The notes beneath the pieces are model-generated. The model had not been told where the DNA came from. It worked only from the letters and a program-made list of their open reading frames with translations, and searched no databases. Below, piece by piece: positions 47,164-60,350 of a stretch of DNA of 64,000 nt. Made by a program: the position numbers and the translations under genes. How positions within the stretch are numbered: position 1 is the stretch's first letter; each line of letters begins with the position of its first letter. This stretch comes from Tubiluchus corallicola. Its lineage: Eukaryota > Animalia > Priapulida. Location: positions 372,001 through 436,000 of the forward strand of contig JAQGDQ010000092.1 in NCBI GenBank assembly GCA_030141605.1. The letters run 5' to 3'.

Positions 47164-49039
47164 CGTAGCTTAACCCAACTGGTTTGAGTTGCATTGCCAA
47201 AACGACTGTATTCGACTATTCTGCTTATAAAATTGCTTATATTTAATAAAAGTTAGATTTATATTTAACATGAAAGCAAAAATGAAAAGGAATACATTCA
47301 AACTTCCTGCCCCAAGAGACCTCTTTATTATATTTATACTGAAAGCTTTTTAGCCGTAGTCTTCTCGTCGCTGAGAGCTGCAGCAGTTTGCAGGTTTCTC
47401 CAGTGAAAAACTCTTACGTCTCGCATTTCTACTATTTTAACTTGGCGGTGTTTTAGATCAAGAAAAACAATGTGATGGACGATTTGTGCCATTATTCTTG
47501 GTTTTAAGGCTCTTGCGAAAGCGCAAAGGTAGTGTCATACAGAAGGATAACACGTGCGCTTGCGGAGTTATCATGAACGACTTATTGTAATTATTGTGCA
47601 TTAGTTACTTTCTTCACAGGTGTCATAAAAACACAATGTGCCACGGAGATCTACAGACGTACATGTATTTACAACAGTCTTTCAAAGAGGGGAATAGCCC
47701 GATGTTGTATGGCACATAAAACCGCATGGCATTCACACATCCAGTTACAAGCCACATCCAGCGTTGCTTAACTTCGCAACTTGAAACATCGTTTCCTCTC
47801 AACTATCTTCCCCGTATTGCTAAAGATACTAGTAGAGCGGAGAAAAAGTTTTATGGTTCATAATTTACTGTAATTTCGTCTGAAAGTGACTATTATAAAT
47901 TTTAGAAAGACGGACACGTATTTAAAAATACGGACTCTGCTTGAAAATTCGTAGTATTTTGACGTACGAGACACACTGTATTATATGCATATACATTTAA
48001 ACACGCACTTGCAGACTCACTCATTACTGGCTCACTACATTTATGTAGTGAGCAGTTAGAACTCCACGATTCTGATAATCATCAATGCATAATTAATTGC
48101 ATTCGCATTATCTGGTGCATCTCGAATCATCTTTGTGGAACTAATAAAAGAATTCCCCTAAGAACAGGAAGCTAGCAATCGCAACTGCCGGTTTCGCAGC
48201 ACTGACGCTAATCTCTCTGGACGCTGGTTTCATAAACGACTATGCTGCTAAATTTGTTTAGAAAAGCTTCTCAAATGGAATTTGTCGAGGCTGATAAGTT
48301 CAATATAATCCATGGTAGAATCGGCTTTTGTTAGGAAAATGCAGAGCCTTGGGCATTCAGTGCGTTATTATCAATTATGATACGCCGGTAATCTTAAAGC
48401 GTGTTACAAAAGATTGCTATTTAGTAATGGGGTGTCTTGGCAAATGCGCAATATTGTAGTTAGTACATAAGATAGATACTTATGTACAGACACATAACTT
48501 CCTACACGTATATGTATATAATACTGTATATATAAAAATCTTTCAGTATTACAAAAAGTATACACTACTGCAGAGTAAAACAAGTTACGTCATACATAAA
48601 AATCAGTGTGTAACCAGTCAGCGACAGACTGATGTGTGCAATTGTGTCAATTAGTCATAGTTAAAAATCATAAGAATGAAAACATTAAAATACTACATTA
48701 CATATCCACAAATTTGTATACATGATGACATGATGATATACATTATGACAACTTAAAAAATTATGTGAATTAATGCGATAATTATTATTGGCAGTATTAC
48801 AGATATCATGATAAATGATCAATTGAATTTTTTACAATATATATATATATAACTTATATGACGTATGAGAAATGATGAATTCTAATACTTTTTGGTACTT
48901 TTTGTTATTTTTTTGCCGTGTAAGTTTCCATATGAGTTGTATATTTTTATAGTATAAACACTTATATTATGAGTCTAGAGTGTTATGTGTTTTTTTATAT
49001 TCTCCAATTATTAATGAATTTTACTTTATCGCTTTTATG

Positions 49040-49270
49040 TAAGGGTCTTTTGTAAGTTACCAGTTTCTTTTTTAGTTCTGTTTTAAATGTTGTTAATCCG
49101 TCTTTCGATTTTATACTTAAGGGGGCTGAATTCCATAAGTTGATTGCTGTTTTGCTTACTGAATTGTGTCCATATGTGTTTTTTTGAAAGTAAATGAATT
49201 AGATTATAGGAGCGTTCGTTTTTATGTTTATCGGGCATAAATAATAAGTCATTTTCTTTGAAAGCAAGAA
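49040..49270 (-). mobile_element. CR1/L2-group LINE ORF2 C-terminal fragment
   Basis: TYGHNSVSKTAINLWNSAPLSIKSKDGLTTFKTELKKKL resembles the G..S......WN.LP..+K....L..FK..LK C-terminal motif. Confidence 0.55.
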
Positions 49271-50701
49271 TTATGTCATTATGTTTTGTGTAGATATAAT
49301 ATGTATAATGTGTACATATAATATTGAATTTATATGTGTATCGGAAAACTTATTTTTATAAAACTCGGTTCAGTAGGGAAGTGAACAACCAGCCACTCTA
49401 AACGAGTTCGACTCGAACAAGGGACTAGCTGAACTCAAGATCGCGGACTACAAAGGACCCCAATGCACTCATCTTGAATTCAATGCTGCAAATGAATTCA
49501 GAAATGAAATGCAGAATTCGTTCGAGTATGTTCCCGTAAAGTTTCATGACAAATTGGCGGAGCCTTAAACTTTTCTCGAAAATGATGTTGTTGCTGTCAT
49601 CTAGAATTCTAGATGTCAGATAAAAAAATCCGACTCGTTAGTCGATTCAGAATTCTCTCTAATATATTCGTATAAAGTTCCATGACGATCCTTTGCAAAT
49701 TCATGGAACCTTAGGCTATTTTTAAAGAAGTCATCCCCACAACAACAAGAACAACAAAGAACAACATTCAGAAGAGTAGCGATTTTCGTCGAGCCTCGAC
49801 CAAAAAATAGTAACATTTTCTAATGAGCAATTATTACCGCAATATGTGCTTTAAGTAAGCCCATAGATGTTCGAAAGTTAGTTCTACAAGGTAGGACCAA
49901 CTACTACAAATTAGGGCGCTATTTTTGCGCCTCACTGAACCAGCTTAAGAATATAATTTTTAAACTCTGCAGCGCCTTTCCTATTATAATAATTATAATT
50001 TTAATTTTTGCCTAAAAAATTTATAATAATTCCACAGACATCAAGACGGAACTGAGCATTGAAAAGTTACAGAAGAGCGCTTCTGTAAGAGTTACTTCAT
50101 TTGAAAAAAAACGTGAGAACTTTTCTGAAACTTATTTTCACAAAATTATCAAAATATGTTCGTACTTTATGTCCAGTAATTAACTTGTTTCTAAAGAAAC
50201 TTTCGTCGCCTTGGACTTCATTAATAGGAATCATAGCACAGCAATAATAGCACATTTAATTCATTAAGGAAGAAAAACTAGTTTTTAATAAAAATAAATT
50301 AGATATTCAGTACGTCATGTTCACTCCCTTTTGTTTTATGTGAGCCAAACGTCAAAATAAGTCTAATCGTATCATTTTATAATTTTATGGGTTTTTGCCG
50401 ATCATGTATGGTTTAATCTAGTAATGCGGACCAGTAATGTTGTAAATTACAAACGGTTTTGCAGTTATTGTTTTATTTTTCCTCGTATCTGTCAAGTTTA
50501 ATATCTTGTGCGCATTAATTTTGTGCATTTATCATATTATTTATTTTCGTACGTACCAGATGTTGAAATAGCTTCATGGTAGTATTTTGGAACATCGTTC
50601 ACAAAACAGTCATTATTGTAACTACATATGAAATCATAACTTCTTCACACCTACTGCTGCTGCTGCTGCTATAAAATAGTATGGCTATTTTCTGTGGCTT
50701 T

Positions 50702-52110
50702 AGACAGATAGATAGATGGTTTACTGACATGGCCAACAGGGCCGATCACACCAATAATAAACATTTCATACAATAGGTTACATGCATGTTCAGATAAATT
50801 TTGCCAGTGCGCATTGTGTTACAGTGTTTTGTGATTGCATCAAACAAAACAGTTTTTCAGTTTTAGTTAAAGCGTTAAAAGTAGGAACATAATGAGAAAC
50901 TGCGTTCAACATAAAGTTACGTGCAACATTATGTTTTGGGCAATACAGTAAAAAATGGTATTCATTTTCAACACCATCGCACACACTACAAACTCAATTT
51001 TTACGTGGAATAGGTGGTCTTACATATCTACCAGTTTCAACAGCCAAACGATGAGCACTAGTTCTAAAATTTTGTCAAGGCCTTCTATCTTTAACATTTC
51101 TAATATTTTGTAAATAAGTTTCTACTTAAAAATTCTGTTTAAATGAGCTATAAAAAATAATTTGCTCATAGAGTTTGAAGACTCTCTCCATCATATAACA
51201 TAATTTGCTTGCAGTCTCATTTCTGAAAGATATACGGTATTGAAATAAAGAAGTGCTATGTTATGTTCCAACAAAAAATCCATATTAATTTGATGTAAAA
51301 CACTTCTGAATGAAACATACCATGTCAAATTCAAATTTTTTGTACATCAAATGCCTCTTTGCAAAGGCTACTTTCAGATAGTGTCAGCCAATATTTTTCC
51401 ACCCTCATTTGAATTTCCGAACTGCCTGGATATAGGCCTAATTCTCCCAACACCGCAGGTGTTCGTGTTTGCATTTTAACGCCCAAAATTACTTTATAAT
51501 AGTTAAACACGTTCTTCCAAATTTTCAAAATGCCATGTACCCCAAACCTCGCAATCATATTCCAAAATGGGCTTAACATAAATATTAAATAAAAAGATGG
51601 CTAAATTTACATAAAAGAAAGCAAAAGTTTTGGCTTTACTGTACAAACAAGATTTAGCATTGTTTTCCTGTTGTATTAAGTGGTCTACAGCACAGTTAAA
51701 ATATCCAGATTTGGTAAAATAAACACCAAAATATTTATATTCTGAACAATGTTCTAGCCGATTATTATCGTAATAAAAATGCACATTTTCTGATGTTACA
51801 GTGTGTCTTTTCTCAAAAATTATAATCTTAGTTTTGCTGGCATTAACAATTAATCTCCATTTTTACAGTAAGTATTTAAAAGATTCAGTTGTGTTTGTGA
51901 ACCTTCTTTAGATCGACTTAATAAAACTAAATCGTCCGCAAACATAAGCAAATAAATAAGCTGTTTAAAAAAGAGTAACACAACCTGCATCATTTACATT
52001 TAAATGCTATGCTAGATCACTCAAGTACAAACAAAATAAAATTGGTGAAAGTGTACTCCCTTGCAAAACACAGATTTAGCTGGAAAACTTAGCAACTAAT
52101 TTTTAATCTA
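50702..52110 (-). mobile_element. 5'-truncated decayed LINE (RTEX-like) with (TCTA)n tail
   Basis: VLQGSTLSPILFCLYLSDL, LMFADDLVLLS, EYKYFGVYF, YVKPILEYDCEVWG, AVLGELGLYP, RTSAHRLAVETGRY...CSVCDGVENEYHFLLYC; short (TCTA)n tail at 50702-50717. Confidence 0.85.
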
Positions 52111-53869
52111 CCTCTTATTTAGCAAGCAATGATACCTAGCCAGTTGTCAAATGGGAAGCTACTTAAACTAACCATACGTCTTGGTGTTGCTTTAATAGAG
52201 AAGTCTTGAATCTTTGCCACTCTTTTAAACGCCAGGATTTCAAGACAGATAACCGAATCGAGTGATCCTTTGAAGTGATCGATCTTGTTGAACGGCAGAT
52301 AAATTTTGCTGTGCATTAGCAAAATCATCGCCTGATTTATACGTCTGCAATGAACCAAGGTATAAAGCTGTTACAGAGATCGTGTAAATTGAAAGTTTTA
52401 AGCAGTGTGTAAAATCAAGACATTTTACAATTCAATCAAAAAGAGAAGTAATGGTACTTTCATGCAAGACTAAAGGGAGTGCCACAAGTTTCTTTCTCTG
52501 AGTATTTACCAATAACTGACAAAGATGTACAGTTCCATGCGGAGCTTCTGTGCTGATGCTCACTTCTTCCTCAGATGACCTACAAACTATGATGAGGTGC
52601 TTCTTCACAATCTGTTATCCACCGTCCAAGTATGAAACCAAAAAGCGGTCACTCGCCGTGAGTTTCATGGTGGTAATCTATAAGTTCCAATGGACACATT
52701 TGACGCAAGAAAGCCTTCATTTTCTGAAAGCGCAGTCTATCTTCCAACTTCTCTGTCTTACTACAACAGTGTATTTTCCCCTAGAAACGCCTATACGTTT
52801 CGAAATCGGCATGAACTTTGTGCTTCGGTTGCACAACTGCACCCACGATCATTTAATACAATCAATTTATCTATTTCGACATTACCTATAGAAATTCACG
52901 TTGTGAATAGTTTTTTTCTGATATCGTTGTCTCTGGTAATGTTAGTATTACTTTCTTGCATGGACTAGGTGCTTGTTTATGATTTCGTCTTTTACACAGT
53001 GTCAACATTGTGTTTTTTCTTGAGAAATTGTTTCCCTCTCACTTTGTTGTTACTTTTCATTCTGTTATTTCATTTTTCAGCACACTGTAAGCCAGAATCC
53101 AACATTCAAAGATGGGGCAACCTCACATGGAATATGACTCCTTACCAAGATTATTCCTCTATGATGTCACTGGCAGCGTTATCTTGCCCATGTTTACCTC
53201 AAGCCTGGTGCTACTTATCTTGCTACTTCACGCAGCTACTCGTACATACACTTTTCATTGGTTTAGTCCACTCTATCCTATTTTTACGAAAATTGAGTTT
53301 TGTTTTTTCCTTACTTAATTATTTTGGCCGTTTGTCATCCAAATATTTGTTAACTACTTTCTATATTCTATTTTCTGGCTAGATAGTGTTTTTCTTTTTA
53401 AGCATCTTACTTTTAAACTATACCTATTTGATGCGCAAACTATGCATGATTTTGATGCGCTCTACCCTTGGATATTTTATCCGAGAATAAAATTTGATAT
53501 CGCCCGCAAAACTGTTGCACGTAATCATTTATAACGAAAAATTCATTTCATTTTCTCCATTTTACATGGGCAATAAATAATAACCAAGGTCCATTTCAGC
53601 ATCCATTGGGGCACTTAATCAAATATCTCGTCTTCAATGTTAATCTCATGGGGCGTTTTGCGATGTTCAACGGCAACGGCATTTTGGCCGGCTGCATAGA
53701 AGTGGAAACATTTTTATTACGTGATTGACAGTGAAACTCTTTATATCAGCTGTAATGTACTTTAGCTATAACTTAAAATACAGTTAAGCATTATTTGTTC
53801 TATTCTTCAATCAAAATAGAAAATTTTCTCTTCTTTTCTCTCTTCCCAATTTGCTTTTTTTCCTGCCTC

Positions 53870-54205
53870 ATCCCATCCCGTCTCAGGTCATCCTATCCTA
53901 ACCATCCTATTCCATTCCTTATGAATCCACACCATCCCACCCCTCTCCTTTTCTGTCCTATCCTATCTTATCTCAAACTCAACCCATTCCATCCCACTCA
54001 TACATTCCCATACGATCCCATTCCATCGCACCCTCCTCCCCCCATCCTGCCTTGTCCTATCCTACCTTATATTATTCTATCCTATTCTCACCTCACCTCA
54101 CCTCCTTCACCTTACCTTATCTCATTTTATGTTATCTCTCCTCACTTAGTCTCATCTCATCTCACCTCACCTCACCTCATCTCATCTTACCTCACCGTCT
54201 CTTAT
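53870..54205. repeat. Pyrimidine-rich pentanucleotide repeat (CCTAT/CCCAT/CTCAC/CTCAT)
   Basis: Period-5 degenerate array. Confidence 0.85.
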
Positions 54206-55439
54206 TTTAGATTACGTAGACATAAGGCTCAATTAAACTTAGTTTATGATTCGAAGGTGTAGACTATTCACCAGTTAGTAAAATAGACAAATACATTTTG
54301 AAGATATATTTAAATGTTTTAACGAAATGTGACGAGTTTGTGATGGATGTCGAGAACGGGGAATTTATTTAGGTTCCTAGATCTCGCTTATTCCTTATTC
54401 CTCAGAAAAGCTGGGAGAGTCGATGTATCAAGCTGAACGCTTTACCTAAAAGGCTGTTCTCGAAAGGTTTATTATCAATAATTTTTGTCCACTTCTGTGT
54501 TTCCTATATACATTGTAAATGAAACTAATAAACAATGAATTAAAACATCAGGATATAATTATTCACATTCAGTGACATAGCATACATAACGGCATAACAT
54601 ACAATCTGCAAAATAAGAATGCTAGTTGACGTCACGTCAAGTTCACAGTTTTAATACATCATTCTGGGACATCTAAACCGACACATTTAGTGTCTTTATT
54701 CTATAAGGAAAGTCGCCTATAGGAGTCTCCTTATGTGGGGAAAACTTTACTTCCCTTTAACTACAGTTAGTACCAAGTTAAGAGACGGTTTTGCTTCTTA
54801 ACATGGGGAAAACCTGCTCCGTCGACTACCACGGTGTCGAGTTATTTCCTGCCTTAGACTTTATTCCAGGCCTATTCATTTAACACATTACATGGTTAAT
54901 GGTGCGCTAAGACAGGTTCTGTTTACTTACCTGCACAATAGAACTGCAGAAGTAGTTATATACATACTTTCTTAGGTACTTCCTACAGTCATTTCATACG
55001 AGGCATATACTAATTTGCTTAACTCGGAAATGAGTTTTCTTTAATGGAAATCATTTGCTAACGCAAATTCAACGGTTGTCGTAGTCTCTTCAAATGCATT
55101 TTGATGATTTTAATATTCGTTTAATCAAACCAATAAAGGCAGCGGCGCTTGGATGAAAATTGTTAAATTCGATCTGTTACTGCGTCGGTCGTGTTGCTGA
55201 CAAAGAAACGAAAGTACAAAGAAGCCAGATAGAATGGCAAGAGATGTGACTGAAGAAAGCAATCAATACGAAGAAAATTAATTACAATTGTTGTAATTAC
55301 TTTGCCACATCGGTCTATACCCCATAGATATTTGGCGATGAAGCCTGTCACTTGCTTGCCCACTAAAATAAATAATTATGCGCCCAACGTTGTTGTTACA
55401 GTCCGAAAGTGGGAATACCCAAATGGTAACAGTGAGTGC

Positions 55440-55520
55440 CTAGCAGTCAGAGTCAACCAACGCTGAACCTTGTTAGTAAAATGGACGAGTGACCACCAAG
55501 ATAACTGCTTCTGTGGAATC
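55440..55520 (+). mobile_element. Degenerate SINE copy with 5S-like module
   Basis: AGTCAACCAACGCTGAACCTTGTTAGTAAAATGGACGAGTGACCACC resembles the 5S A-box to C-box region. Confidence 0.4.
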
Positions 55521-55657
55521 ACCTGCTAAACTGTCCCACATATTTCTTTCATTACAGGAGAGTGTATTGTGTACAAGGTCTCAATGAAATACTATCGAAG
55601 ACTACTATATACCAAAGGCTGCACTAAATGCCGAAAAACATATACTATATACTCTAT

Positions 55658-55817
<160 letters not shown>

Positions 55818-55998
55818 AGTTTTTTTGTAACTGAATTCTGTACATGTACTGCATTGGCTCAAATATACATCTTGATGAACTCAGGAATTTTTGCATGTAA
55901 TCTATGAATGTACTTCAATATAATCAAATTTATAATAATTATAGCTTCACATTTTTCCTGTGTAAGCTAGCAATATACTGCAAAAAGTAAATAAAAAC

Positions 55999-56002
<4 letters not shown>

Positions 56003-56053
<51 letters not shown>
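56003..56053. repeat. (GA)n microsatellite
   Basis: Directly visible. Confidence 0.97.
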
Positions 56054-56055
<2 letters not shown>

Positions 56056-56767
56056 ATAGAGTGCAATCCACAATAGAATTTCCCGTGCATCAGGGTATTT
56101 TCGGTAATTACGGTTTTCCATATTTTTTTAGTAACTATGATTGACAAATTTTGCAGCGTTTTTTCGGCATTTTGGAGTTTTTTCGATTTATTGCTATTTT
56201 TCGATATACAGTACACCGACTACACCCAAGGTAGGGCAAAGTTGAGTGATGCGCGAACCACTTGCACAGTAACCGAAATTTAATCTTACAGCTTGACTAT
56301 CTTCTGGTGAAAATGCCAACGCTCTGTGTACTGATTCTTTCACGTATTTAGCCATTCTATTGTTTAATTTACTTATTCTGACTGATTTAGTGCAATTTAT
56401 AATTCACAAACTCTCTAAATTCTTCTGTTAATTCAGTTAAAATGAGGCGGTTTCACAAGGAAGAACAAAATTTCGCACAAACGCGCAGGTGATAAACTTC
56501 GCCTATTTTAAAGTTAAAACTTGATATATTACACATCTTTCATTAATTATCTAAATGTGCGTGATATCCACAAACTAGGTAGCTATTATGCAACTTTTAA
56601 TTATTCTTTACTTATAATTTATAAGTGCATAGGCAAAATCATAAGTGTATTTTCCGACGACAGACTTGACTGATAAGCAAAAAAGTCAGCTAAGAATGGC
56701 AAGTAGTCACAATAAATTGGTTATTTTTATCGTTTTCTTTTTCAGATATGCTCATTAAAATCAAAAG

Positions 56768-57827
56768 ATGATGTTCCTCTGGAGCTGCGCCATAGTTTTA
56801 GTGCTGTTATTGCAATGGACAGGAAGTTTAACATTTAAACTTCCTCTTCAAGGAAACAAATATCATAATGCCAATGATTCTGTCAACGACAAAAATTGGA
56901 CTTCTAGTGAACTGCCCAAAAACAACAATGAAGACCTGCACAGTTTTGATAAAATGTTAAATGTTAATGGAACTGGGAGATTAAGAGAAGCTAATACAAG
57001 TGAAAATACAGAAGATGAAGAAATCTGGGACCTTGGTGAAGTCGTTAGTGGAAAGCCGTTTCAGTCACTCCTGTCTTCCCATGAAATATTGCACGGTTTC
57101 CCAGATTTAGACAATGACTCTCCGGGGAAAGAAACTGCAAAATCGAGACGTGTTAAACTTAATAACCAACTGGGTGGAGTGAGTAACAGTGAAACTGCTA
57201 CTGTGGATAAAAATGAGCGCGCAGACTGGCGGCCTGGTAAAAATGTTACTGAGCCTGTGGGAACGATAAATTTCTTAATGGTGGAAGAAAATTTAACGTC
57301 TGAGGCAGTACAGCCGAATTATAATATAAACAACTTTTCTTCGGAAAGCATAAACGCCACGATTTTCATTGAGATTGGGCAAGATAATCTGACGCAAGTT
57401 GAAACGTCTTTGAACAATGATCGCCAATCGTCAGTGCAAAACCGGACGGTGAATAAGTCTGAAGTGGTCTATGTTAACGATAGTCTCGAATTTGTTGTGA
57501 AAGTTAACAAATCTGGCATGTATGTGTTCGAGAAAAACGCACACGATAATGCCAGCGATCTAACAGGAAACATTGATGTCGATGATGAGACTCGACTCAT
57601 TATCACCGAAGAATTTTCGTCCAGATGGAAATATGGCGATTATCCCCTTCCAAAAACACGATTCCAGAAGCAAATTGTATTTGAAGTCGACTCTGAAGAT
57701 CCGAACGGAAATGCAAAAAACAACCTTCCGCCTCCAGCAGTACCTTTGAAACAGCCCAGCCGTTACCAAAGCAATTTAGACTCCACAAGCAGCCACCAAG
57801 AAATACCAGCAAAAGAGACATTATATG
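56768..57827 (+). CDS. Membrane glycoprotein exon 1 (signal peptide and ectodomain)
   Basis: Long ORF, acceptor at 56745, GTAAGA donor at 57828, 15 N-X-S/T sequons. Confidence 0.88.
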
Positions 57828-60319
57828 GTAAGACACAAAAAAAGGAAATGTTAGAAAAATTTAATAAATATGGTATAATAACTTTAATAATACTTTTATT
57901 TGATAAAAGGATGATAGAAATAAAAGATAAAAAGTCAAGCTTACCCCTTAAGCGTAACTATTCTGGTTTGATAACATCCTGATTAGAATGTTCTAGTAAG
58001 CTGTTATCAATTTATTTGATGTTTAGTGTCAAATACTGGTAGTTGTTATTGGAAGGCCTAGGACATACCCCAGCTCCTACAGCTGTCTGTCTGCATTTCC
58101 GTTTTTTGACACTGACTGTTTCCTGCAAAAAAACATTCGGCAACCCGGAAAATTCCGAAACGGAAATCTTTTTCATTTGCTTCGGCGTTCCAGGAAGTCA
58201 ACAATAAGTTTGAGCTTGCGTGAATGTCGTGTGCCGTACGTGGTGTTGAACATAGTAGGTCTACAGATAAATCAACCTTGTTACCTATATGGTACAAAAC
58301 AAGTTTAATAATTTTTTCTGAGCTTTTCGATTTTCCCTGCTTTTATCAAAGTTTACAACGGATAAAAGCAGTGAAAAGGCGTTATTTAGTATTTAAAAAT
58401 TAATAACTAGATTTTGATTGTGTATACAAGTTAATGTATCTCTAAAAATTAAGTTTGGAGATCTGATGCGTTCAGTGCAAAGCTACTTGACTACTTGCAA
58501 AACACACCATTCCATGAATAATTCTGTTAATTCAGTAATCCTTTTCTGTCAAATTTCTAGTAGTTTCTCTCGGCATTTAAAAACTAACTTAAAAATGCTT
58601 CACCGACTGGCAAGTCGCTTGTTCGAGCAGGATATGTTACAAAACCTTTAATATCTACCACTACGTGCATTACACGGTTTTTATGACATAAATTCAATAA
58701 AATAATTAACAAAAAGCAGGAGAAATAAATTTTACTTGATTTTGCTTGCGCAGCTGCTAAAAGCTCATATGACAATTTGCTGCTGCTACTGTTGGTTGAC
58801 ATCGTTGGCTGACTACGGTTATTTCACTGAAATTTTCTGTATTGGAGAAATAATGAACCACAGACGTGACGCGAATAAAGTACTTAAAATGCCTATTATT
58901 TGGAAATCATGTATCAAGAAAGTGTACAGAACAAGTCAATGACGAAACAAATTAATGTTAGTTAACGTTAAATATTTGTTGCCGACATGTTCATTCATAA
59001 CGTATTATGGAAGGAGCTTTACTACACCATACACTTCTTAAGAAAATAAAGAACACAAAGAACTTTGATGCTATATTAGGTCATAACGAAGGACAAACTT
59101 TATGATCTAATATAACACATTCACATGAAATATAAGTTTCATCTTATATTCATTCATTCACTCATTCATTCATTCATTCGTTCATTCATTCATTCATTCG
59201 TCCGTTCGTTCATTTAAAATGTAAAATGTAATCTCACCAGCTTAAGTAAAAATACTCGTTTGAAATAGAAATTAGGGAGTAGAGTACAAATGTGAAGAGA
59301 TGGGATGAATAAAATTTCCGCCATAAGCAGTCTTGATTAAACACGATTCTTCCACGAATTTCACTGAAATTATTCTCCTGAAACTGTTTCACACTCTAGC
59401 CTTGGCGCTTTATGTAGCGATAATGGTTATAGGGATAAATGTCATTGCAATGTGTTGTGAATTAAATCCGAACAATTGTGTTTTATCCCTCACTGATGTT
59501 CAATCGGTTCATTCATGGAAGCCAAGTTATCTCTCATACTGGCTTCGGCAATCTAGCGCTTGATACTGCAGCAATTCATCAATAATGATGGCGTTCAGCA
59601 CTGATTTGCTATCAGGAATAGAAATAGAAAAGTTCTGATTGACTGGGAAAATCTATTCGGGTCTCGCGACTTGGTGAAAGAGGCAAAATGAAGTGCAGAA
59701 CGAAGCAGCGACGGAATGATTAATTCTGTTGCACAATAGAACAGCTTGCTCAGGAGATCCGCTGATTTAATGTCGGAAATACATTTTCTGCGTTAACAAC
59801 TTTGCGAACAGAGAAAAGTAATGCCATTCTAGACTAAAGTTGCAAAATTTAATAGTTCCTGGTCTATTCTGATTAAAGTGCAAAGGAAAGGTAATGAATG
59901 TATACATTGTGACGTCTCATTAACAATAACAATCACCTACGGTGAAACAACCTTCCTATGAAAGTGTCTTAGCCACATTCAGACGTGTACACTGTACACA
60001 TTCTCCTTTACCGAAGCTATCAGCGTTTATTAATATTTTTACATAATATTACATTTATTACATTTATTATATTTTTAAATGTTTTACATACATTTGATTT
60101 CCATTTAGAGATAAGCTATCTAAAAAATATTTCAGTAATGATAATCCCTATCCTAGCCACAGGCTACTCAGTAATATATATACATATACAGTAGCCTATG
60201 TGGGGGGATGCTGATTATCATTATCTTTGTCTGAAATTAGATGAAATTAGATAACATTAATTGTATATAAGTGCTACACTAGAAGCATACACGTTCCATT
60301 CCTCTTGGCATATATATGT

Positions 60320-60350
<31 letters not shown>

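Noticed and set aside
58058-58297. THAP-like fragment or additional exon
   Set aside because: Only a VCLHF/DCF resemblance across a frameshift; not needed for the gene model.
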